A stretch of 63,642 bases of DNA, filler included, from Collodictyon triciliatum (taxonomy: Eukaryota): NCBI GenBank assembly GCA_043381765.1. It is 7 parts of 7 records of this genome, joined end to end, with 100 filler letters (N's around TTAATTAATTAA, not from the genome) between each part and the next. Parts side by side here need not be neighbours in the genome. Positions count along the whole stretch, not along the records: positions 15,398 to 34,246 come from JBHJMP010000634.1; 6 more parts are not named here. One strand, written 5' to 3'. Every line of letters starts with the position of its first letter. Within the stretch, counting starts at the first letter, position 1. Position numbers and translations under genes: made by a program. Positions 20,039 through 33,998 of this stretch are shown here, piece after piece. The notes under the pieces were generated by a model, which did not search any database, had not been told where the DNA came from, and saw only the letters and a program-made list of their open reading frames with translations.

Positions 20039-23000
20039 ATGGATGCACCGCCTGCAGCGAGTGGGACGCTTCTGCTCGACTCAGTAATCCAACGGGGTCG
20101 CATTTCGCCCACACGAGTCGCACCGGTGCGCGCAGCAACGCCGCTTTACGGACGGAAAAGCCGCCCGAATACTCCGCAGATCGAGTGCGAACCGCCGATA
20201 ATCGATTTGAGCGGCACTGATGCAAATGTTCACAACGTGCTTTTGGCACAACGTGGGATAGATCCGAGAAGAGCACGTGAGTGACTGAAGCCGCCTTTGT
20301 TGTCTTGTTATTTTATGTTCTAACATGCAATATTTTTGGCAAAAGATTATACAATCACTACAATTATCACTACAATTATCACTACAATTATCACTACAAT
20401 TATCACTACAATTATCACTACAATTACCATTATCACTGTCATTATCATTATCATTATTATCATTATTATCATTATTATCATTATCACAATTTTCCTCCTT
20501 TATCTGATTCAAAGATTATTACAATTGGATACTAGAATCACCTTGAAAATTATGTGTGAGCTGTTGCTGACGAACATATTGCATCCACTCCAAGATTTTT
20601 TCCATATATTTTTTTATGCTATATTATTAGTTATGTTTAAGGGAGGAAATACGTGTGCGTTATAATCCCATAAAAATACTGTTATATTTTAATACTAACA
20701 CATAGTTTTCGTTTCCTTGTAGTTGAAGAACACTCAAACTCCCCCACGAATTTCGCTCGAATTCAAAATTCCAAGTCGTTGCAAAGAGGAAGCACTCCGC
20801 AAAGACCACACACGCGTGGGTCGATTCATTCCCGAGAAAGCGGAATTAAATCACCTGAGTTACATGGTTTTGATTTTCCTGGCATCAGGTTTTTTCTTCC
20901 TCAACTATTCACGTCCTAAATTGATATTTACCCCAAAACAACCACTTTATGATATCGCTATTCTCAGAGCAGGAAAAAGAATGACATTGTTCATCTTTAC
21001 CCAGTTACAGTAAAGGCAAAATACTGCATATTTATTATTTGTTTTTTTTGTTTTTGTTTTTGTTTTTGTTTTTGTTTTTGTTTTGTTTGTTTTGTTTGTT
21101 TTGTTTATTTGTTTTTGTTTTGTTTATTTATTTTGTTTATTTATTTTGTTTATTTGTTTATTTGTTTATTTGTTTTGTTTATTTGTTTTGTTTATTTGTT
21201 TTGTTTTATACATCCCAACATGATTTCATTGAATTTGTTTTGTCAATAATGTATTTTCTCTTGTGCAAACAGGGGCGCTCAAGATAAGGGATCATCCATA
21301 ATAACAAATGATGTATCGCCACTTGGTAACCCCTATAACATCTCTACATTTAACCAATATATCGTGCTTACAAAAAAGTGTCAATTTTTTTTTATTTTAT
21401 TGCGAAGGCGTATTCGAGTTTCTCAGAATTCATTCTGTAGGAAAAAGCATCGCACGACTTCGATCCAGAGAAAGGACTCGGCCAAGGCCAGATAATAAAG
21501 CAAAACCGGAATCAGGAATCCTCAAGGTAACACATTTTCTATGCTATATCAAAGTCTTTACCAAAATCTTTTCCCTTCTCAATAAGGTACATACACCATC
21601 TTTTGATATATTTCACTATTATGTGTGCATGAAGCGCGGTACCTTGCCTCCTCTTGGCGAGCTTAACTCTCCAAGAAACATGAACGACACAACGCATGGT
21701 TAATTAAATAACTTTTTTAAAGACTGATTTACTCTCAATCCTTACATTTCTCTTCCTTTTTACATTCATAAGGATTTACTTTTTTCTGCCCCTTTTATTA
21801 TCTGTAAGAATCTTACTTGGGGACTGCTTATGAATCAAAAGAATTTATCATCTGAATAGCTTATTGCAGATAGTTTAGATGATGAAAACACCATCGCTGG
21901 ACACGAAGTATCACCTCCTTCTGATAAAATGGTTACATTCGGTAAAGACCATTTTTAATGAACCCAAAATATAATATTTTTTTCTGAAAAAAATATTGGT
22001 TGTTTCACAGAAGAAAAAAAGAGAGTTCAATTGAAAATTGGTAAGAGTAATCTAATTAATTTAGCGCACAAATATAATCAGTAACTTAAAATAATTTCTG
22101 TCACATTCTTTTTTCGAGTATGTCGTATAGATTCTAACAGCTAATTAACTTGTCATCAGATGTGACTCCTCTAAATAATCAGCAATGCCAAAATAATCCA
22201 AATGCTTTTCCTGCTCATCCAACTATGGTACCACCTTTGGGTAAATTAGAAAACTTGCTCAATGAATCAGGAGACAGTCCAAAGTATCCAGCTATTCCAA
22301 CATCCATGTTATCTACAAAATATGAAATTTAGAGCAATGGTTTGTATCTGGTTGTTTTATCATCATATAACCATCTTAATACTTTTGCAATTGTGAAGGA
22401 GTGAGCTGGGTGAGAAGAAAATTACTTTTCTTCAATATGCACTGTATTATCCCCATCCAAAGGCAAATGCTGCTGTTATGGCCTCGAGAAAAAATTTCGA
22501 AACGGTATGCCTTTGACAAAAAGAAAAATTGATATGAAACCATTCTCTCTTTTTCTTTCTTTTTGGATTCAATCATCCTTTTTTTTTTTTCTAGCATGAG
22601 ATATCCTTGGTGTATTAGTCCGGTTGGTGAATGACGCAATACTTTAATTTGATGCGATACAGGTCATTTCTCTTGTTCGAGAATATCCTCCCTGTGTCAA
22701 CGATCACGAGGAAGATGGCTCGACTGCACTTCACCACGCATCTATATATAACCACGAGGCCGCTGTAAAAGTTTTACTGGATAATCAAGCTGACCCTAAT
22801 GCCTTGGATGTAAAAATAATAACAGATTATTTCCTTTTGGAATCCAACACATCTTTACAACTTCAGAATCTGTTAACCTGTTTCAATTTTGATGGTTGTT
22901 TTACGAAATATAGCTTCAAAGGAAGCCAAAGCGAATCAACAAATTCAAACACTTTTTATTTTAGACCATGGGTCGCACGCCATTACATTGGTCATCCAAT

Positions 23001-26000
23001 TTCGGCTATTGCAATATTGTACAGGTAAGTGTTCCTCCTATTAATGCCCTTTTACACATTATATTAGCTCGCTTCTTTTCTTTTATTTTTATGAAAGGAT
23101 ATTACAATCGTAGATGTTATTGCGAGCGGGAGCAAAACCAAATATCACGGACACTCAAGGAAATACCCCGTTGGAACTGTCAGACAAGCGCAAAACTTGG
23201 CTCTATCTAAATGGTATGAGAACAGAAAATCTTTTTTTACATGCATCCATATATGTTTGCGTCATGTTGGATTTTTAGGTACCTTTCATTGCAAACCATT
23301 ACATATGATTCTTAATTTGTAAGACAATTTTAAAGAGTAGCCATAATTCTAGCCTGGAAGAAATTCAAGAGCGCCAAAACCGTTGAAAACCTGTGCTCGC
23401 TTTTAAACTCCGAGGACAAAGAGCTGACGCATATGATATTGAGGGATTTGGATGAAAAGTCTGAGAAAGGTATGTTCATTTCTTACTGTGCTTTGACAGC
23501 ATCATTTTGATCCGCTTGCAACAATATATGGGGTATTTCGTAAGTGACATATTTTCCATCCCTTTATTTTATCATGTACTCAAAGGTGTTTTTTACTTAT
23601 AAACAGGTATTGAATGCAAAAGGGCACTCGAACAAAACATTTACGCAAAAATGGTCGAGCTATCCCGACACAATACAACGGATTATGTATGTACTGGTGA
23701 GATTCCAAACAGAATCCACATCGGTCGTTTACTTGCGCGGTTATGCATGAATGGTAATCACATTTATGTTTTATACATATAAATAAGTACCCTCCGTTCA
23801 AATTGTGGGTGATATCGTATTTAAACATAATGTGCATTCCATTTTTATTTTAATTGCGACATATTACTGAATGCATGGTGGGTTCAATAGCTTTTTTTTT
23901 TCCAAATAACACAAAATTGTCTCTTTCATTATTTTTTTTTCAGCAACCCTCAGAAACCAAATCGTGGAGCTGGGCGGCATTTCTTTTCTCAATTCATTAG
24001 GTATTGCGCTACACTTCACGACGAATCACATATCCTGTCATTTTTTTTGGTTGTCGATAATTTTCTTTTCTACTTAGCGCGAACCAAAGAGTTTGAAAAT
24101 CAGCACCTTGCTGCGAGGTCTCTAAGATTTATCACTGAGTCAGGTTGTTTACAAATGAGATTCGTAATCGCAACAGAGCTGGTACTCGTTCGCTTCTTTG
24201 GACTGAATTCTCCTATCTTTATCTTTTCATCCATTTCCAGACCAGAACATTGAAACCTTCTTAAAGGATGGCGGGCTGATAACTATGATTACTCTGGCTG
24301 ACTCAAAAAACAAAAAAATACTGGCAGAAGCTTACCAGCCGATTTTAAGACTAGCATTAAATAGTAATATTGTGAAATAGTCTCGTGTATTTTGAAAATT
24401 AGAATTGCATATAACTCATCCATTTTACGTATCAACCCATGACATAAACTATATTCAAAATGGTTGTATTGTACCTCAGCCTATATATTTTCTTTTCTCT
24501 TTTTATTTTCACAACAGGTGAAAACCATGAACTCCTCATAAGAAAAGGAGGATTGAGGTCTATAATTTCCATGGCATCATCAGAAAATATTGAATTGAGA
24601 CGAACATCCGCAAAAATCCTCCAAAAGATGGCCTCGCATTGTATGTATATCTTTTCTCATGCCATGTCAAAAAGGAGTCAATATTGCGTTTCTATTATGC
24701 TACAATTAAATTCAAAACGGTAGAATCAAAAGTGAATGACTAATTTCAAATAGCACAAAACATATCAAAAATTGCCTCTGAAGGGGCTTTGGAGAGGATT
24801 GGTAACACTTAGTTGCGCATTTACTTTTTTCCCCATGTTTTCCTTAATATCTATTTTTTTTTTTAGATTTATTTAAGCTATTTACAGTCCTATAATATTG
24901 TTGTGTGATACATCTGATTTGTCAACCTGAATAATAAAAGTAACGAAATCTTATCAGGGATGCTTCTCAAAGATAGTCCAGACATTAGAGAGGATGCACT
25001 TTATATTCTTGTTTTACTTTCTGCGTCAGGTTTTTTTCCCCATCGCATCTCATATTCACCTCTTGAGATTTATTTTTTACACATTTATTAAAAGAACTAA
25101 CATGATGAATTTTCTAACCTTCAACAAAAAATTATTACTTAATTCATTCATATTTACTAGAATCTGTTCGCTTGCCTATTGTCGAGCACATAGGAGTGAG
25201 GCAAATTGTCGACTCTGCTCATACAGCAGATATAAAATGCAAGTTGTCCTCTGTGAAAATACTCTCAAATATATCAGAGACAGGTGACACACTACTTATT
25301 CCAACTATAATAATCCCTCTGAGCATTAGAGAAACCATTTATCAAAAAAGGATGGGATATTTTACTTAATTGATTAAATTCAGAGGAATTACAAGACCAC
25401 GTTATCGAATCGTCTTGCTTGGACTACATAATCGTATATTTCCCCCTTTTTTATTTTAACAGTTGTAATGTAGTTTTATGTTAAATCTTTCTATTTTTCT
25501 TTCCTTTTTCCCCTACTTTTTTGTTTCTTTGATATCTTCTCTTTTTCCTTTTTCCTTTCTTTTTTTATATCTTTTTATCTATTTGTGTTTACTACTTATT
25601 TGATATTTCGATAGTCGCTATTCGATTCTGTAGGGAAGGAACACCACGAATCAATCGACCACATATTTGTACATTTGGCGATGCAAGGTTTGTTTGAAGT
25701 TGTAGCACCTTTGTATGATAGTAAATCTTTTGATCTCAAAGAAGCGTACATAACCTAGAGTCATTTATCTTCTTCCTATTATTTGGATGAAAAACTAGTG
25801 ATATATCTATGCACTAAGAACTGAATGATAATGTAGAAAAAAATCGAACAGCTCTGGCCGCGAAAGGACCAATTCCCATCGTATCCGTGTTGCGTTCTGT
25901 TTGTGTTTTCTTTTTCTTTTCTTTTTTTCTTTTCCTTCAATCCGAACGATTTAATTAACATTTTATTGCTTTTCTTTTTTTAAAAAACAACTACCGAGCT

Positions 26001-28524
26001 ATATTTATATATTCTTTAGACGAACTACAAATCTCTTCCGAAGCTCGTTGGTTGGGTCGTTCAATGCCTTATTGATATTGGCTCTCGTGGAGGTTTACTG
26101 TTCCTTCTTCTTCTTTCGTTTCTATTTGTTCTATTTTCATTATGATAGCAAATATTTTAAAATGGAACGCACTGTGCTCATTGATTTGCATTTTCCTTCT
26201 TTGTTTCATTCTAACCATTGTCGCTGCATCATCATTCACTCATTGCGACCCTAGAACCGGAAAGGCGGTTCATTATGAAGATTGGGGGAACATCCCCCCT
26301 TCTTAGTATTCTAGCCGATGCTGATTCCCTTCCTCCATTTCTTATCAACGCGTCATGTCGTTGCATCAGTGTTTTGTGTAGCTCTCGTGAGTTTTTCAAT
26401 AGTAAAGGGGATTACCCACCTGGTAAAGGCTGTTGCAAACACATTTATTCTAATGTTTCTTTATTCGACTTAGCCGATATTGTGAAACATTTTGAAAAAG
26501 TGCAGATTTTGTCCTACATTATTGAGTTGACGAAAACCATCAAAGAGCCAAAGTAAAGTGATGCTTCTTTTCAGTTATGGGGACGTTAAAATAGTATATA
26601 TGTCCGTATTTACCAGGATAATTTAATAGAGTTACTTGGCATATTCTGCTGGCCACTGATAGCCTCATCCGAGCTTCGGGTTACACCCTTATAACTGCCT
26701 CTTTTCTCTTACTTTTTCTTTCTTTTTCTCATCCGTAAATTAAATTCTATCTGAACATTCGTCAGTATCTATTTACCATTGATATTTTTTATTTTTACAA
26801 AAAAGCCCAAATAGGACTCGACTATGTCTTCAAAGGTATTCCTTCCCTCCAAAAGAATCTATTGAGTCGACAAGTATATGAAGATGCACAATTTTGTTAT
26901 CTTGCAACAAAACTCGGGTTTAAGATGAGTATATATTAGGAAGTCTGTACTATATAAGCGCGATAGACAAGACATATCACAATGATGAACGCATTCAAAC
27001 CTTATTGGATTCCATCCTCGGCTCACTAACAAAATTCGGTTTGCAGAAAACCACCTCACTATATCTAATTTTCTCTCTCTTTATATTCCATCAACTGTTC
27101 TTTTGATTGCTCGACATTTTTTTTTATCACCATTGTGCTTTGTTTCAATATATTTTATTCAATGAAGTAATAGAAATAATCACACTTTTAATTCTTCAAT
27201 AAACGATAGAGACGGCTCGGCCATATATAATCGAAAGCAGATACTTTCGCCCATTCTTCGCAGCCATTCGGCAGAATGAGCACATATCTGTTGTGTTGTG
27301 GTCTCTCGAGGCCTTGAGCAATCTTGCAGATTTATGTAATTATGTTATGTTTATAAACGTTTTTTTATCATCAAAATGATGCTTCATGCAAATCACTGCT
27401 CATATCCCTATTCTGTACTAATGAACATATTTACAGCCGATAAAAGGTTAGAGATATTGAACTCGGGTGGAATAGTAAGCTCTATGCAATTTTTAGAAAG
27501 ACATGCCTTGCTTCTTGCTTCTTTTTTTCTTTTTCTTTTTCTTTTTCTTTTTCTTTTTCTTTTTCTTTTTCTTTTTCTTTTTCTTTTTCTTTTTCTTTTT
27601 CTTTTTCTTTTCATATTGAATCTATTTGGATGGAATCAATATTCCGAATTGCATGTAGGAACTATTAGTCAACACGCTGAAGCAACCATCTCTGCCTTTA
27701 CAAGGGCGCATGTCTATTATTAGATGCCTAGGAACACTTGCAGAAGATGGTAGTCATGCCCTAACATTTTTATCAAATAATTTGGGAGCTCACTCATTTC
27801 AAAATTTTCAACTTGAGAGCAATTATTAAAGAATTGTGCAACTCGCTATTGATGTGTGTATACAAATTGATTGATGGAACCGTATTTTCCGGTAAAAAGC
27901 GTTGCATGTCCAAGGGAAAGTTGTCAGTAAAGCCGGTTGGGCCCCTTTGTTAGAATTGCCACCCGTGAAGAATATCAGATATGAAGAGCTTTGTGTTAGG
28001 ACAGTCAGTATTCTGCTAGAAAATGGTGAGTAATTTAGCATATATATCGCGACTTCATCTCGATATAATTCTTTGTGGTTGAAAAAAATATTACGAAGAA
28101 AATTCATTTTGAGAAATAATTATGCGGCCATCTGCTGTGCAGAAGAGAATCACGCTGGGTTTATAACCTCAAACGGACTAGAGAAGTTGATGGCAGTGAC
28201 ACTAATCTCCCAAACAACTCGATACATCGCCACCAGCATATCGACTGTGTGTCAAAATGGTAACACTATTGTTCGTCAATTGTGCATAATTTTGTCACAT
28301 TTACAAACGATCAAATCACTCAACTTGAAGTATCATTATATTCGTTTAAATATGATGTTTTCGAAGACAAACTGGGCTCTATGATACTGGCCAATGGAGG
28401 GTTGGAGGTCAGTCACTAATGATATGAAATCGACCTGAGAGCTTTTTTTTTTTGTTTTGTTTTGTTTTGTTTTGTTTTGTTTTGTTTTGTTTTGTTTTGT
28501 TTTGTTTTGTTTTGTTTTGTTTTG

Positions 28525-28555
<31 letters not shown>

Positions 28556-29656
28556 GTATTAAATATGAATAAACAAACCAATCAGCTGCTTGTCTCGCTA
28601 TACAATTTGCATGACTTTGATGTCGACCAGCATGTCGATGACTCGATCACTCACATCATCACGAATTGTAAAGCAACCTCATATATTCACACACCCGAAA
28701 CTTCATCACTATAGAATCCTCAATTTGTTTAATAGTTTTTATTCTCACGTATGAAGTGAAGGTACCTTGGTATTGTGTTCCTCTATCTTAATTCATTTGC
28801 TGTAATATGATTAGTTGATAATCGCATGAAGATTGTTGAATCTGTGATAAAGAATGCGAGGTGTGTATTATTCTTTGCAATCCATGAGAATCAGCACACT
28901 TTTCTCAAGTTATTGTTTCCCCCTATTTTTCTATCTATTGTCTTTAACTTCACATTATTTCTCAGAGAAAGCCCAGGCTGGCTACGAATATTAACCGGCA
29001 TTGTTCGTTCGACTGTGCGAACCGAAGATGTCTACAGTTGGGTTGCAAACTCCTTGATTCGATTAGCGGATGATGGTTAGTCTTCTTTTTTTTTTCTTCT
29101 TTTTTTTTTCCCTTTGCGAAAAAGTAATATTTTGATTGTATTTTTCATTCTTTTTTCCTTTCATAATGATAGTCTATCTTTGAATATGTGGTATACTTCT
29201 GGCACCGATACAAAATCCTTTTTATTCGATTTTCTTGCCAAGCTTTTTCTTTCTTCTCATCTTCAAAACTTATCATGTTAAATGCGACAAAATTAAAATT
29301 GAAGTAAGAGCTAGAAACAACTTCCCATTCACTTATGACAAATACTTTAAACTCTAAACAACTTTCCTAACGCTGGAGACATTCCATGCAAAGACCCAAT
29401 CAATGTTTTGATTCCAGACGCACCAACACAAACACACCAACACACACACACACACAATACAGTTTCATTTCACACGGCATTCCTGGAAGAGGACGGCGTT
29501 GCTGCATTTGAGTTACTTGCTACTTGCCGCTACCCAAACATCCAGCTGCTGGGCACACGCGGGCTGCGCATTCTTGCTGGCGCACGCGGAGCACATTCGT
29601 TCTATCTCATCCCCCTCAGCCTACCTTCGGATGAATCCGGTGGCTCTCAATCGTAG
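20039..29656 (+). CDS. Protein with low-complexity N-terminus, ~3 ankyrin repeats and a long armadillo-repeat array
   Basis: Ankyrin exons at 22.66-23.2 kb: DGSTALHHASIYNHEAAVKVLLDNQADPNALD|TMGRTPLHWSSNFGYCNIVQ|MLLRAGAKPNITDTQGNTPLEL. ARM-like exons follow, e.g. ENHELLIRKGGLRSIISMASSENIELRRTSAKILQKMAS, RRFIMKIGGTSPLLSIL, FHTAFLEEDGVAAFELLA. Linkage of the N-terminal exons is inferred from phase. Confidence 0.8.
28452..28550. repeat. Intronic (TTTTG)n pentamer repeat
   Basis: Direct read. Confidence 0.9.
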
Positions 29657-30136
29657 AGCACGCGTTGTTTTGTTGTGCTCTTGTCGGCTCCCTTTCGTAC
29701 CGAACATATTTCGCGGAGAGAGAGAGACAGAGAGAAAAAAAACATGTACGTTTCATGTATATTCGGTAGCTGAAGGATGTACCTTTGCCACAGATGCTAG
29801 TTTTGAATGCGAGTAATACGTAAAGAATGATACTTGATAAATAAAAGAACAAAGAGCAAATCATCAAGAAATCATACAATTGTCTTCACTGCATGTTTAT
29901 CAAATGATTATTGATTTTTATTTTTGCTGTCACCGAAAGGTTATTGCCAATATTAATTCCCCTCTCCTGTTGCTTTTTCTGTCTGTTTCCTTTCTTCCCA
30001 ATTATATATGTAGATTTTTCTGCTAAATGCAAAAAATCAGACAAAAATCAAAGAAAAAGGAGATATAAGAGGCCGATTGTAATGTGGCACCAGAACCATA
30101 TCTTTCCACAGTGTTTCCATCGACCGTCCGAATCGC

Positions 30137-30878
30137 TCAGAAGTTCAGACGGTGAACAATGTTTCTGCCATACTCTTCATACATTTCACGGTTAATAAAG
30201 CAGTGCAGGAAAGACGGGAGCGTAGCCAGAGTCGAAGCTCCGCGATACGCCAACAAAATACGGTCGGCCTTTTCAGTGATGTTGGGATGGATGTGCTTCG
30301 GCGCCGTCCGCTCCAGTTCCGAACGCAGCCTCATGCCGAACCCAGAAAACATCGTGTTCCCGCCTATATTTCAAAAGATACCTTTTCATCGCACTGAAAG
30401 GAAGCAAAAGCAAAAGCAAATGCAAAAGCAAAAAAGGTGTGGTTGGCCTGCTATTGACTAAATTGTGATTAGAAAAGCAGATGCAATATATATATATATA
30501 TATGTAATATCAACGTCCTTGCAAACACTAGAGTTAACGTTACGGAAGGAGGAATAGGATTCATACCTGTTAGAACTATGTTTCTCCAAAGCTCCCGGTG
30601 CAAATCTGCATCGCATTTGTTGATACTGGATTCAATCAGCGTGTGTACACCACCATCGTGCAGGCCAACCAGAGAGGGTTGGAAAAGTGCTTCAGGAACC
30701 TTGAACCGCTGCTGCCCAACGCGGATGACCTGCCAATATTCAGATTAGACAACGCAGATAAAAGTCATGCAAACACCATTATCAGAAGATAGAGAAAATA
30801 AAAGATACCAAAACAAGATGTATAAATACATATCACAAACCCATAGGATTAGATAATTATGTATTTTTTTTTTAAAAG

Positions 30879-30916
<38 letters not shown>

Positions 30917-33900
30917 AAAAAAAAAAAAAAAAAAAAAATTTTTTTTTTAAAAGAAAAAAAAAAAAAAAAAAAAAAAAGGAATAATGTCTTGTCTCAAAAG
31001 AACCCATTCACGCTAATATGAAAATGATGACCCATCTAACAATACAATCACAAATGCAGATAACAGCGCCAGAACCTTGCCATCAGCCTGTCGGTATTCG
31101 AGCCCCTTATACGACTGTTCCATCGCCTCGGCCGCATAATGAGTGGACACATAGCACAGACGCTCCTTCACACTTTGCGCCAAAGCAACATCAGCGGGCG
31201 GGGTGGGAAGAGCCGCATAATCCTCTCGCAGCAGGTCTCGGCAGCGCAGAGTCAAGTCGCGGCCACCAATGTCCAAGCGGCAAAGTGCGTGGGGAATCGG
31301 ATGTCCGTTGTAGACCGGCAAGGCGTATGTCAAACCATCGCCAGACTCAAGAACAAGCCCGGTTTTCAAGCCGCACGCATGCAAAGCTGCAACACCTGAG
31401 TTGACCAACTTCAGTCCCGGCGCCCCGTATGTTTCAAAGAGAACTTCGGCGAGCCACTCGCGCGCTTTCTCTTTGGATTCCCATACAGCACTTTCCGTCA
31501 CAATCATCGGACGATCGCCCGGGTCGATGCGCAGCGTTTGCTCGAGACACTGCGTGATTATGGCGTCGATGGCGTCAGTGTTTTCGAAGCGCCCTCGCAC
31601 TATCGGATATTCCAGATGAAAGTTTCCTTTCAGATGCAGCGCGTCGGAGCCGATGAAGCGGTCTCCAGTCTCCCAGATGCTTCTCGCAGTAATCCCGCTG
31701 CTGGGTTTCCCCGACGTCAGAGGATCATTTTTGGCCAGAGTCGTCAGATCTACGAGGGTCTTTTGCCAGCCTATCACGGTCGGGGCAATAATCGTGGGTG
31801 TTCGTGTGCCTGCCATTCCCGCTTTGATTGTGTGTCCGCCGATGTCCAACACGACCGGCGTAAGTGTGTCCCGCATGGACCCGTATAGGCCTACGTACAT
31901 AAACATATTCTTCTTGACTCAAATATCGAGTTTTCATTATTTTTCATATTCATGTTAATATAGATACAAATGCTGGATGTGTAATGTAGTGCGGGTCATG
32001 GGTGGGATTGAATTTATCTTTATTTGATGGAAAGGCTAAAAAGGTTATATATTTATATTAATAGGGTATGCATATATAATCCAACAAAATATTAAGAGGG
32101 ATGGATAACGGTCTTTCCTTTTGATAGATGAATGCACTGTACATGAGATTGGAAAATTACCTGAGCTTGGTAGCATAAAAGAGGAATGTGTCTTGAAGCT
32201 TTCTTGCTCAGTACTGGTGTGGTTTTCTGACTCGACTTTCTCTGGTTCATCTAGGATGTAGTTTAAAGAAAAGGTAAAGATAAATTTAGTGCGTAATAAA
32301 AGAAATCGAAACATGCAAAAAAAATGAAAATATTAAAAGATGAAGGACTTATCTAACTCGATACAACAAAATACACTATCATGCATTTGAATTACCCTCC
32401 ATGCCGATGATATCCTCTTCTTTCTCGTCAGACTCTGTGTCTGTCTCGCTGATTATATCTTCCTCATTCTCGATTTCATTGGAATTTTCATCTCCGTTCT
32501 TGCTTTCAATTTCATTTTCAATTTCGATTTCATTCAGATTTTCGATTGCAGCGTCATCATTTCTGTTCTTGTCTTCAAATAAATCGTCATTCTCATTTTC
32601 ATTCTCACTCATGACATCATCGATATCAGCCTTTACCGGTGTCTCCTGATTTTCCGTGATGAAAAGCACAGAGGAGGGCTCGTAAGACGGCATGTTCGCC
32701 CGTATGTGTACATCTTCCTGAGCCGACTCATCTATTTGAGGAATAACTAATTCAGTGAAGTATTCTTTCTTCTCTTCCCTCGGCGATTCTATGGTGCATG
32801 TAACAGCGTCTTTGTTGGTCAATTCCGGCACTGTTTGTGATGCCTCGACCATGAAGTCATGCATAGGTAATTGTAATTCTACATCACTGTTGATCTGAAT
32901 CTCAATGTCGGTGATATCGCCAGCACTAGAAGCAGCAGACGTCTGTGTCACAGTCCGCGATGCTCTGGTAAAGCGTGTCTGCGTGGCTTTTGAAACGCGT
33001 AAGGTATTTGCCTTTTTCTTTGTAGAAGGCAGCGAGTCTTGCGTTTGTGTATGATTTTCTGGGTTTGTTCTCGTTTCTGGTTTCGCCTGTGTTTCAGAAT
33101 TAATGCGACGTGCAGATAGAATTACAGGAGACGGAATCGACGAGTCGAGTGCAACAGTTCGAGTGGGTGCAGGCCAAGAAATGGGCCCAGATGCATAGAC
33201 GGTTGTATAAGATCTGGAAACCGATAAAAACTGTCCTTGTGTAGATATTACATTTGGTGAAGCAGGAGTATGAGTAGGAGTAGCAGCAGTAGTGTGGTTG
33301 GTTACAGTTCGAGTCACTGGTCGATTTGAAGACTGATTTAGCTGTTGATGATTTTGTTGGGCAATGGAACGAGACACATGATGATGATGATGAACGATTG
33401 GTTGGTTTGGTGGTAGAACGAAGGACCGAGCGACTTGGTTGGGAACAATTGGATGATTTGACTGCTGATGCATTGACCTTGCAATAGGTTGAACAGTTGC
33501 GTAAACAGGCATTTGATTGCTAGGCATTGTGACTGGTTGAATGGATGGATATGTGTGTGTTTGATTCATGGTTATTATGACCGTTTGGGGGATTGGATGG
33601 ATTAAAGGCTGGGCAATAGAACGAGAGACCTGATGATGGGCCATTGGCTGATTTGATGGTAAAACAATGGACCGAGCAAATTGATGATGAGCGATTGGCC
33701 GATTCGGCTGTTGATTGACGGGCATTGCGATTGGTTGAACGATGGTCCGAATTATTTGATGATGGGGTATTGGCTGATTGGGTGGCTGATTGGGTGGCTG
33801 ATTGGGCGTGTGAACGGCATTCTGCGGCGATATTGGGGCGGTTCGCACAGGCCCTTGAGAAGCAATGCTTGAATGGATGGACCGTGGAGTGTTTTGGGCC

Positions 33901-33998
33901 GACGAACCGTGCGTTGTTGGCTGGACCAGAATGCGACTGTAGCTGGCGCTGCCGATGAGACTTGTGCTGATGGGTGGAGGGGCGGGCAGGCTGCTCAT
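30137..33998 (-). CDS. Divergent actin-related protein with ~570-aa low-complexity N-terminal extension (predicted 965 aa, 5 exons)
   Basis: Exons 33998-32396, 32250-32161, 31890-31076, 30729-30567, 30363-30137 join via GT-AG introns in frame (2898 nt). Actin-fold motifs: VVLDIGGHTIKAGMAG, LEYPIVRG, LAEVLFETYGAPG, TGLVLESGDGLT, RLDIGGRDLT, VKERLCYVS, RFKVPEALFQPS, NIVLTGGNTMFSG, YEEYGRNIVHR. The actin domain is certain; the fusion is inferred from splice phase. Confidence 0.85.

Noticed and set aside
25990..26092. Possible TAG read-through or reassignment (LYLYIL*TNYKSLP) in an ARM exon
   Set aside because: The TAG is a normal 3' splice site with phase-0 GT donors upstream. TAG ends DDX46 at its expected C-terminus, and no conserved exon needs a recoded stop.
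31018..31958. Plus-strand ORFs overlapping the actin exon (and similar ones over DDX46)
   Set aside because: Antisense shadows of GC-richer coding exons, with no independent motifs.
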